Shown here: positions 24,652-32,000 of the stretch, in pieces | How the letters are laid out: the number at the start of each line of letters is the position of its first letter | How positions within the stretch are numbered: position 1 is the stretch's first letter | NCBI RefSeq assembly: GCF_000010625.1 | Contig: NC_010296.1 | Coordinates: 4,650,001-4,682,000 of the forward strand | Length of the DNA: 32,000 nucleotides | DNA from: Microcystis aeruginosa NIES-843 | GTDB taxonomy: Bacteria > Cyanobacteriota > Cyanobacteriia > Cyanobacteriales > Microcystaceae | Reading direction: 5' to 3' | Notes under the pieces: model-generated | What the model saw: only the letters and a program-made list of their open reading frames with translations | Database searches by the model: none | What the model was told of the DNA's origin: nothing | Translations under genes and position numbers: made by a program

Positions 24652-27600
24652 CTAGATCACTACCACTGGTGCGACATCAATGTTGTAACCACTCAGTTGA
24701 ATGATTGCATCACTAGCGGCTTGGAAGCCAGCCACTCCATTATTGAGAGCGATAAAAGTACCACTTTGACCTGTCACTTTAAAAGCCGCCGCCGTGTTAG
24801 CAGCAAATTTAGTGGCGGTTAAGACGGCTTGAATAGCGGCTTCGGTTAAAGCAGTAGCTGTGCCTTTCGATGCGGTCAAATTGATTGCCGCAATAGACCC
24901 AGGGGCATTAATGCTATCAAGACTAGCACCCGTGCCACTGTAGCCTTGAATAACATCAAAGCCAGTCAGCAGCGACTCACCGAGGGCATTGTAGGTCAAA
25001 GTATCCAATCCAGTGCTTCCCGTCAGGGTATCTTTGCCAAGACCGCCTGTCAGGTTATCATTACCCGCTCCACCGTTGAGATTGTCATTACCCGCTCCAC
25101 CGTTGAGGGTGTCATTACCCGCTCCACCGTTGAGGGAATTAGCCAGAGTATTGCCGACGATGTTGTCGTTGAGGCTACCACCAATAACATTTTCAAAGGC
25201 AGTGGCACTAGCTAGGGTGAGAGTGAGATTTCCGGCGGTGACGGTTTGGGCGACGGTACTGCCGAGATTGAGGTTGATGGTTTTAGTTGTGGTCGCCGCA
25301 AAGTTGAGGGTATCGATTCCAGAGGCATCAATTAGGCGATCGCTACCCAAGACCAGATCTGTGTCGAAGAGGTAGGTGTCGTTACCCGCTCCACCATCGA
25401 GGGTGTCGTTGCCTCCTAAACCGCTGAGGGTGTCGTTACCAGCACCACCGTTGAGGGAATTAGCCAGAGTATTGCCGACGATGTTGTCGTTGAGGCTACC
25501 ACCAATAACATTTTCAAAGGCAGTGGCACTAGCTAGGGTGAGAGTGAGATTCCCGGCGGTGACGGTTTGGGCGACGGTACTGCCGAGATTGAGGTTGATG
25601 GTTTTAGTTGTAGTCGCCGCAAAGTTGAGGGTATCGATTCCAGAGGCATCAATTAGGCGATCGCTATTCAAGACCAGATCCGTGTCGAAGAGGTAGGTGT
25701 CGTTACTTGCTCCACCATCGAGGGTGTCGTTGCCTCCTAAACCGCTAAGGGTGTCATTACCTCCCACTCCAGCCAGGGCATCGGCAAAGCTTGTCCCGAC
25801 CAAGTTGTCATTGGCCGCGTTACCATCATTGTCAAGAATGGTGGCCGTAGCGTTGTCAGGGCCACTAATAGTGTAGCCGGTGGGGGCGGTAATTTTGGTG
25901 ATGATCGTTTCACTGGGATCACTCAAGAGGTCATCTATGGTGGGCAGGGTGATGGTAGCTTTGGAGGAACCCGCCGCAAAGGTGGCTTTGCCGGCTCCAG
26001 GGTTGGTGTAGTCAACACCTGGAGTGGCTGTCCCCGCCAAGGTGTAGTTGACGGTTAAGGCACTGGAGAGGTCGCCGGTGCGGGTCAGGGTAAAGACACT
26101 GCTCACTGAACCTGCTTCCTTACCATCGGTGGTTTTGGCGATCGAGATGGTAGAAGAGGGCAATATGTAAGCGATAGCGGCATCGGCGCGAATCAAGCCA
26201 TTTCCCGTCAGAAAGTCATATCCCGGGGTATTCATATCCACTGCCGTACTCTTGAGGGCATTGTATATCTGCGTATTCGTAACCCCCGGAACTTTTTGAC
26301 GCATTAAAGCCGCCACTCCGGCTGCAGAAGGAGCCGCCGCCGATGTTCCGAAAAAGTTAGGCTTTCCATTGCCATCACTATCAAAGCCGAAGAATGTGGT
26401 ATCGACCCCATCTGGTGCGGTAATTGCCGGTTGATTGCGGATAACTGGTGTGGCCAGTCGGTTGCCCGCCGTATCGAATAGGATCGGGGTGCCACCTAGA
26501 GAGGTGAACGGTTCTGGTTCTGGCGGATTGGTGCCAAAGGCTGGTGTATCTTGATAATAAGCAGCTGCTACACCCTGTCCATTGGGGGCTTGATTATGTC
26601 CAAAGGAGGTGGAACTGTTGGTAGCAAACTGATAGGTGCTATTAAATCCCACATCGACAAATTTGATTTTTGAGGGGTTGGGTCCACCCCCAGGGTTCCA
26701 TTTAGCGATCGCTAGGAATACTTCCCCAGTACCCTGAACCTCCAAGAACTCGAAAGGATCACCGTCAACGTTAGCATCTACACTAGAAGCAATGATATTG
26801 CCATCACCATCGAACAGGAACATATCCAAATCATTTTGTGAACCGGCTCCCGTGGTGCTGGCGGAGGCAAAGGGCTGATCCCATTGCAGGATAGGTACAA
26901 ATTCTCCGTTGTTAATGGTGATTTTTTGGAAAACATTTACCGCCCCACTGGGATCGAAGTCGTGGAAAGTATAATCCCCTGCAGTTTGACCGGCGGTAAA
27001 AACACTTTCATAGGATTGACGGGCTTGATTTCCTGCCGAAGAAAAATAGGCAACCCCCGTGGTGGCTACTTGTTCCACTGCTTGGGTAACAATTCCGTCT
27101 TGGAAAAAAGGTTCGGCGAAATAAAAGACATCATCGACAATCACCTTTGCCCCTGCTCCCCCAGAGGCGACGGGTTTGGCTAAATTAATAATCCCATTGG
27201 CAAAGCTGGCTAGACCTTCAAAAGCAGTGTGAAAAGCTAGGGTTGATCCTGGGGCTACGTCGTGGATAATCTGCATCATTGCCCGTCCCTCATCGGAGCC
27301 ACCAGAAGCAAAATCATCTAGGACGATTACCCCTGTGGGTAAATCGCCACTGGCCACATCGCTGGCTGCTCCGCCTAAGTTATTATAACTATCGGAAAGA
27401 ACCCCTATGGTCACGCCGGCACCGTTAACACTAAAGGTGGTGCGGGCAATATCCGAGCGTTGCGCTTTATCTCCTTGACTGGTTACTGAACCCGTATTAG
27501 TTACTGGCCCTGGGCTAGTGCCTAAGTAGTCAAATTTATTAGTCACCGGTTTATAGGCGGGGCGGGCGAAGCGCAAGCTTGAGAGGTTTGCCATTTGCCC

Positions 27601-28329
27601 CAGGGACGATAGGGGAATCACCCCCGAAATAATCCGCCCGAACAGTGAGGCATTCTGCAATCCTAGAGTTTGTAGTTCGGCTAAGAGTTGATAGGAGTTA
27701 GTATCTGCTATCGCCTCAATGGCAACACCTGTTGTTGTCGTCTGCAGGGCTGACTCTACTTTCAGGGGCGAATTAGTTTGACTATTGAAGACATTGCTTC
27801 CTGTCAGCAAAGCAGACAGGTTAGAGGAAAGTTTTTTGTAACTGCCAGCTTTCACCCCATTAGTAAATGCTTGCAATTTTGAGAAATCGAAGGGAATTAC
27901 CGAGGCATTGTTACTTTCTGGTACACTCGTAGTCTGTTCTTCAACTGTCCCAGCCGGCAAGACGTTCCCGCTATTGACACCGCCACTACCACCAGAAGAT
28001 GAGGAGTGTAGGTCTGCTAACCCAGATATTCGTTGAATGGGAAGAAAACCTTTGATTTGGTTATCTGTCGAGTTTGTCTCGATAATTTGAAAGCCTAATT
28101 CTTGTAGGCTCGGCAATAAGCCTTGAATATTATTACTTTTTATTACTAGAGCAACTCTGTTTCCAGCAGCATTCTGTCCAGCTTGAACTAGGGTTTCAAT
28201 CGATACAGTTAAATCGTCAGAACCTGTTAGATCAACCGTGATTGGGAAGGATTGCTCAAAACCCAAAGCATCCTTTAAGGACGGCACATCTATACTCGAT
28301 GAATCGGAACTTACTTGTGTTGTCTTCAT
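24652..28329 (-). CDS. Secreted subtilisin-family (S8) serine peptidase with a Calx-beta domain, RTX calcium-binding repeats and a type I secretion-type C-terminal domain
   Basis: The ORF is 1225 aa with no N-terminal signal peptide. The catalytic contexts are GVLSDSY (Asp), MMQIIHDVAPG (His) and FFGTSAAAPSAAG (Ser). A Calx-beta-like segment reads TVNYTLAGTATPGVDYT...ATITLPTIDD. GGxGNDxL nonapeptide repeats are present, and the acidic/hydrophobic C-terminus ends ...IQLSGYNIDVAPVVVI. Confidence 0.9.
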   Translation of the reverse strand: MKTTQVSSDSSSIDVPSLKDALGFEQSFPITVDLTGSDDLTVSIETLVQAGQNAAGNRVALVIKSNNIQGLLPSLQELGFQIIETNSTDNQIKGFLPIQRISGLADLHSSSSGGSGGVNSGNVLPAGTVEEQTTSVPESNNASVIPFDFSKLQAFTNGVKAGSYKKLSSNLSALLTGSNVFNSQTNSPLKVESALQTTTTGVAIEAIADTNSYQLLAELQTLGLQNASLFGRIISGVIPLSSLGQMANLSSLRFARPAYKPVTNKFDYLGTSPGPVTNTGSVTSQGDKAQRSDIARTTFSVNGAGVTIGVLSDSYNNLGGAASDVASGDLPTGVIVLDDFASGGSDEGRAMMQIIHDVAPGSTLAFHTAFEGLASFANGIINLAKPVASGGAGAKVIVDDVFYFAEPFFQDGIVTQAVEQVATTGVAYFSSAGNQARQSYESVFTAGQTAGDYTFHDFDPSGAVNVFQKITINNGEFVPILQWDQPFASASTTGAGSQNDLDMFLFDGDGNIIASSVDANVDGDPFEFLEVQGTGEVFLAIAKWNPGGGPNPSKIKFVDVGFNSTYQFATNSSTSFGHNQAPNGQGVAAAYYQDTPAFGTNPPEPEPFTSLGGTPILFDTAGNRLATPVIRNQPAITAPDGVDTTFFGFDSDGNGKPNFFGTSAAAPSAAGVAALMRQKVPGVTNTQIYNALKSTAVDMNTPGYDFLTGNGLIRADAAIAYILPSSTISIAKTTDGKEAGSVSSVFTLTRTGDLSSALTVNYTLAGTATPGVDYTNPGAGKATFAAGSSKATITLPTIDDLLSDPSETIITKITAPTGYTISGPDNATATILDNDGNAANDNLVGTSFADALAGVGGNDTLSGLGGNDTLDGGASNDTYLFDTDLVLNSDRLIDASGIDTLNFAATTTKTINLNLGSTVAQTVTAGNLTLTLASATAFENVIGGSLNDNIVGNTLANSLNGGAGNDTLSGLGGNDTLDGGAGNDTYLFDTDLVLGSDRLIDASGIDTLNFAATTTKTINLNLGSTVAQTVTAGNLTLTLASATAFENVIGGSLNDNIVGNTLANSLNGGAGNDTLNGGAGNDNLNGGAGNDNLTGGLGKDTLTGSTGLDTLTYNALGESLLTGFDVIQGYSGTGASLDSINAPGSIAAINLTASKGTATALTEAAIQAVLTATKFAANTAAAFKVTGQSGTFIALNNGVAGFQAASDAIIQLSGYNIDVAPVVVI
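25100..25765. repeat. Near-identical 321-bp (107-codon) in-frame tandem duplication inside the RTX region
   Basis: The string ccaccgttgagggaattagccagag occurs at 25118 and again at 25439. The two units differ at only a handful of positions. At the protein level the differences include GGASNDTY vs GGAGNDTY and LVLNSD vs LVLGSD. Confidence 0.92.
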
Positions 28330-28750
28330 GATTTTGCCTCCCTAATTGTCCGAAAATTAATCGGTCAATTACTTAAGTTTGTTAGTTCTTTCTGTTTATG
28401 GTTAGGGAAAAAGACAAGCCCAACCTTTCTGCCTTAGGGCTAAATCTCTCATCTACTTATGATTATAAATAGACAAGTTTAAGAAAAAAATAATTTTTTT
28501 CTTAAATTAATTTATCCAAGAGCCTGATGAGTCACAGCAATAAGAACAGTATTATTGAGAATGAAAAAACGTGGAAGTATTAAGCTGCCCGTGCATTTAA
28601 ATTGCTGGTTGAGATGAGGCACTCTTGCACTCTTGCAAGGGGCAACACCCCCCCAACCCCTAGGGCTGTTTCATTCTCTCATCAGAATATCAAAAGTAAA
28701 AGCGATCACTGTCTTTGTAAAATGAGAAGTGACCAGCAACTTTAAAATAT

Positions 28751-29842
28751 ATGTTGAGCTTAATAGAAAACCTGAAACAAGTCAAGGACTTTCGGAAAGA
28801 TAAAGGAAAAAGACACCCTTTATGGATAGTATTAATAGTAATAATACTGGGAACAATGCTAGGATACTCAGGTTATAGAGAGCTAGGAGAGTTTGCTAAA
28901 AATAATCGGCACAGGCTCAGTCAAGAATTTAACATAATTCCAGAAAGAGTCCCATCTTATTCAACAATTAGAAGGGTAATGATGGGAGTTGAATGGCAGA
29001 TTTTGTTAAAAATGTTTAATGAATGGGCATTACAAGAATATGGACAAACAAGTGATATAAATTGGCTAGACATAGATGGAAAAAGTCTCAAAAACACCCT
29101 AAAGAATCCTAACAATGAACAACAAAATTTTATTATGTTTGTCTCATTGTTTAGTCAAGAAAGTGGCTTGGTATTACACTTAAAAAGAATTGAAAACAAA
29201 AAAGGGTCTGAAATCGACGAAGGTCAAGCTATAATTGAGGATTGCACTCTTCAAAATAAAGTTTTTACTGGCGATGCTTTACACTGTCAGAAAAAAACAA
29301 TCAGCTTAATAGCCAAGAGTAAAAATGACTATGTTATCACCGTTAAAGGAAATCAGAAAAATCTTTATAAGCGAATACAAGACCTGAGTAATTCCTCAAA
29401 GCCAGAAAGTTGCTTTCTTGAACAAGATAATAGTCATGGTCGAAAAATATCCAGAAAAATAGAAGTTTTTAAAGTGAGGAAAAATGAAAGACAAGGGTTT
29501 GAAAATCTGCGCCGAATTATTAAAGTAGAAAGAAGGGGTAGTCGCGGGGATAAAACTTATGAAGAAACAGCTTACTATATCAGTAGCCTAACCGAATCCG
29601 CCCAAGTATTTGCTAAAATTATTCGAGGACATTGGAAAATAGAAAATCAGTTACATTGGGTAAAAGATGTAATTTTTGAGGAAGATAAAAGCCAGATAAG
29701 TGATTTTCAAGCGGCCAGCAATTGGTCAATTCTCACAACTATAGGATTGAATCTTTTCAGAGGTTTGGGTTTTCTCTCAATAACAGAGGGACAGAGGTGG
29801 TTAGCTGAACGTGGGGAAAAACTGATAGTTTTATCGACGTAA
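28751..29842 (+). CDS. ISAs1-family (H-repeat-associated type) DDE transposase
   Basis: The ORF is 363 aa. The N-terminus VKDFRKDKGKRHPLW and the segments IDGKSLKNT, FTGDALHCQKKT and the C-terminal GHWKIENQLHWVKDVIFEEDKS form the signature of ISAs1 transposases. Confidence 0.9.
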   Translation: MLSLIENLKQVKDFRKDKGKRHPLWIVLIVIILGTMLGYSGYRELGEFAKNNRHRLSQEFNIIPERVPSYSTIRRVMMGVEWQILLKMFNEWALQEYGQTSDINWLDIDGKSLKNTLKNPNNEQQNFIMFVSLFSQESGLVLHLKRIENKKGSEIDEGQAIIEDCTLQNKVFTGDALHCQKKTISLIAKSKNDYVITVKGNQKNLYKRIQDLSNSSKPESCFLEQDNSHGRKISRKIEVFKVRKNERQGFENLRRIIKVERRGSRGDKTYEETAYYISSLTESAQVFAKIIRGHWKIENQLHWVKDVIFEEDKSQISDFQAASNWSILTTIGLNLFRGLGFLSITEGQRWLAERGEKLIVLST

Positions 29843-29970
29843 GAAGCAGAAAAATTAGCTAAATTAACAGGATGTACTCTCAGGCAATTTCAAGAGAGAT
29901 AGGCTTTTAGTGGCTTGATAACAAGCTTTATCAATCTATTCATAATAAATATTGGCAGAAGATTAAAGAT

Positions 29971-30196
29971 TAATTAGGGTCTGCTGAATAAATCTAAAAA
30001 CCTTGTTGGATAAGACTTTTGGACTTTTTTCCCCTCAAAAAGTGCCAGCCATTGCGGGGATCGGGGGGAAAATTCCTGGACTTTTTCCCTGAAAATTAGG
30101 TAATTTACCCGATGAAAATGGGTAAAACCCCACACCCCACACCCCACACCCCACACCCTGCCCCCAGGAAAAACTTTTTCAGCAAACCCTACTTAA
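29971..30196 (+). mobile_element. MITE-A copy 2, nested in the 3' non-coding part of the ISAs1 element
   Basis: The core is at 29977-30190. The flanking hexamers are TAATTA on the left and TACTTA on the right, which differ at one base. Confidence 0.8.
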
Positions 30197-30585
30197 TTTA
30201 AATGAAACAGCCCTAGGGTTGGGGGGTTCTTGCCTCTTGCCTCGTCTCAACAAGCAATTTAAATTACGAACAGCTTAACTCAAGCAAGTTGATTATATTA
30301 TGGAGATTTTTAATCTGCTTAACCCGAACTCAGGTTAATTTATTAGTTGGCGCATTATTTTGAATAAAATGTTCTCCAGCTTATTGAAAAGCAATCAGTT
30401 ACGACAACGCTTGTAAATATGGTCATTTCAGATAAGTCTGATACAATCTAGACCGATAAAAACCCTAGGAAATCTGGCATTTATCTTCTCAATCTTATCT
30501 TAGACGCGGGATACTTTGATTAACAGCCTCTGGAGAAAATTTCCATTAATTTTGTCCAATTTGTTGACGAATTTATTCAATCATT

Positions 30586-30828
30586 TCAGTCATAGCCGCC
30601 TTTAATTTGAGCGTAAATATCCGTTGCTTTCATTTCACCAAATAACTGATCTTTAATTTCTAAATAATTTAGAGGTTGGGATGCTGTTTCTCTTAGAAAG
30701 AAAGCCGCTTGAGCAATTCCCAATCTCTCCATGTTAGCCTGTACTGTAGAAGCAAGAGTTTTGTTATCTCCCATTACTCTGGGCAAAAATCTTAATGCTT
30801 CGTTAACCGCATCAGCAGTAGGAAACAT
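30586..30828 (-). CDS. Hypothetical 80-aa protein, paralogous to the partial ORF at 31883-32000
   Basis: It is an ATG-initiated ORF with a stop 3 codons upstream. By eye, 30620-30720 is roughly 90% identical to 31905-32000. I see no motif I can name. Confidence 0.5.
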   Translation of the reverse strand: MFPTADAVNEALRFLPRVMGDNKTLASTVQANMERLGIAQAAFFLRETASQPLNYLEIKDQLFGEMKATDIYAQIKGGYD

Positions 30829-30927
30829 TTCTGCAAATCATCTTCCATTTCTGACTTATCCCTGTTCATAACCTTCTCGTTTGGTTCGCGTCACTTCCCT
30901 TGCAATAAAGTTCCTCTGAGAAAGATG

Positions 30928-31605
30928 TCAGTCAAAACTAATATTTTGCCATAAATCTGCTCTGACAAATTTGGATAAATGACCTACATTTGTTGTTACA
31001 ATTATCAGATTTTTCACAGATAACGTGACAGCTTGTGCAATTAAAATCATATCACCATCAATTGTTTTATCTCCTGCTGTGGGTTGTCCTTGTTGGCGTG
31101 CCTGCGCCCAAAATAAAGCAGCTTTTCCCATTGCATCCATTGTAATGGCTAGGTATTCTATTAAGTTAGCTAACTCATCCAGTCGCTTAATTCCTTTAAT
31201 CTTGTTAGCGCGTAACAACTCTCGACGCACCTCATAATCAGCAATTTCTGGAAGAATAACCCTAATACCTGCTTTAATTAGCGTTTGTAGCCAACAATTA
31301 CAAGCTAGACTTTCAGGCGATCGCTTAGGATTAGTAATTAGGGTCTGCTGAAAAAGTTTTTCCTAGGGGCAGGGTATAGGGTGTAGGGTGTAGGGTGTGG
31401 GGTGTGGGGTTTTACCGATTTTGAGGGGGTCAATTACCTAATTTTCAGGGAAAAAGTACCTGAATTTCCCCCTGATCACTCCCATATCTGGTACTTTTGG
31501 ATTTCAAAAAAGTCTAAAAGTCTTATCCAGCAAGGTTTTTAGATTTATTCAGCCAGCCCTAATTAAACCGATAATTCCCGTATCTAATAAAACTACCCTA
31601 TTCAC
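30928..31605 (-). pseudogene. PIN-domain (VapC-like) toxin gene interrupted by MITE-A copy 3
   Basis: The N-terminal piece VNRVVLLDTGIIGLI (31605-31561) has a GTG start overlapping the antitoxin stop (GTGA). The C-terminal piece reads TNPKRSPESLACNCWLQTLIKAGIRVILPEIADYEVRRELLRAN...DGDMILIAQA...VTTNVGHLSKF. Removing the 219-bp MITE core plus one TAATTA restores a 150-codon ORF. Confidence 0.78.
31335..31565 (-). mobile_element. MITE-A copy 3 (inverted orientation), flanked by direct TAATTA hexamers
   Basis: The core at 31341-31559 is the reverse complement of copies 1 and 2, with an internal degenerate (GGGGTGT/TAGGGTG)n tract. The flanks are TAATTA at 31335-31340 and at 31560-31565. Confidence 0.82.
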
Positions 31606-31886
31606 CAAGTTACTCCCTTTAAGTGAGCCGGAAATAAAGGACGCTCAGATAAGCGATCTTGGTCAAGTGCTTCGATTAAATATTCACCGGTTTCTTGTTG
31701 TTCTTGTTCATCTTCTTCATCAATCCAAGATTGAAGTAAATTAACCAGTTTGGTCTGTTTTTCTTGTTCTAAAATAGTATCTTTAAGTAGCTTGAGGACA
31801 TAATCTTCTAGAGAAAGACCTTTCTCCCTCGCTTTTTGGCTGAGATATTGTTCGATTTCCGATGTTAAATTAAGAGTTAGTGTCAT
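31602..31886 (-). CDS. Putative antitoxin of the PIN toxin
   Basis: The ORF is 94 aa. The N-terminus LNLTSEIEQYLSQKAREKGLSLEDYVLKLL looks ribbon-helix-helix-like, and an acidic stretch follows. Its stop overlaps the toxin start by 4 nt, and its start overlaps the upstream ORF stop (ATGA). Confidence 0.72.
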   Translation of the reverse strand: MTLTLNLTSEIEQYLSQKAREKGLSLEDYVLKLLKDTILEQEKQTKLVNLLQSWIDEEDEQEQQETGEYLIEALDQDRLSERPLFPAHLKGVTW

Positions 31887-32000
31887 AAGTCTTTAATCTG
31901 GTAGTAAATATCCTTCGCTGTCATTTCGCCAAATAACTGATCTTTAATTTCTAAATAATTTAGAGGTTGAGATGATGTTTCTCTTAGAAAGAAGGCCGCT
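31883..32000 (-). CDS. C-terminal part of a hypothetical protein, paralogous to 30586-30828 (the ORF runs off the right edge)
   Basis: It reads ...DQLFGEMTAKDIYYQIKDL*. The stop TGA overlaps the antitoxin ATG, which suggests co-transcription. Confidence 0.5.
   Translation of the reverse strand, partial: AAFFLRETSSQPLNYLEIKDQLFGEMTAKDIYYQIKDL

Larger units (their letters stand above)
28580..30279 (+). mobile_element. ISAs1-family insertion sequence with inner 17-bp inverted repeats, embedded between about 60-80-bp inverted arms and carrying a nested MITE
   Basis: The inner inverted repeats are CCTAGGGCTGTTTCATT at 28659-28675 and its complement at 30202-30218. The outer inverted arms TTAAGCTG..ATTTAAATTGCT.GTTGAGA.GAGGCA lie at 28580-28658 and 30219-30279. 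It is unclear whether the arms belong to the IS or to a pre-existing palindromic repeat. Confidence 0.7.

Noticed and set aside
24946-25696. Three + strand ORFs (89, 120 and 106 aa) with repetitive LPAPPLRVSLP translations
   Set aside because: They are antisense to the RTX nonapeptide repeats. They are duplicated only because the underlying 321-bp unit is duplicated, and the sense-strand 1225-aa ORF explains the region.
31883-31925. The C-terminal ...MTAKDIYYQIKD of ORF X resembles the N-terminus of XisH-family proteins (MPAKDIFH...)
   Set aside because: The match covers only about 8 residues and sits at the end of a longer ORF rather than at a start. It is too short to distinguish from chance without a search.

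Overview
This looks like a cyanobacterial chromosome segment with Microcystis-like architecture: HIP1 GCGATCGC sites, dense heptanucleotide microsatellites and many MITE-like repeats. That assignment is by eye, without a search. Core genes are serA (partial), ilvB, bioD, a DUF1995-like gene, a proline-rich lipoprotein two-gene operon, and a flavodiiron photoprotection operon in the order flv4, sll0218-like, flv2. Accessory content is as follows. (1) An AT-rich island at about 4.1-9.7 kb carries a 1214-aa single-chain type IIG restriction-modification enzyme. It also carries a TnpB-only IS200/IS605-type element with both subterminal hairpins, nested inside a frameshifted, truncated IS110-family transposase pseudogene. 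(2) A GC-rich gene pair encodes a 254-aa membrane/coiled-coil protein and a 1547-aa giant polytopic membrane protein with no motif I can assign. (3) A 2.2-kb ORF-free stretch is built from nested MITEs. (4) A 1225-aa signal-less S8 protease has Calx-beta and RTX modules, a type I secretion-type C-terminus and a recent 321-bp tandem duplication. (5) An ISAs1-family IS sits between long inverted arms and contains a nested MITE. (6) A PIN/antitoxin module has its toxin gene split by a MITE. The most unusual signals are the 254-aa/1547-aa membrane pair, a perfect (CTGATAA)x41.6 array plus (GGGGTGT)x8 inside the flv operon, and the nested TnpB element with its putative omega RNA. I found no rRNA, tRNA or CRISPR array. 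All family assignments come from motifs read by eye and need HMM/BLAST confirmation.
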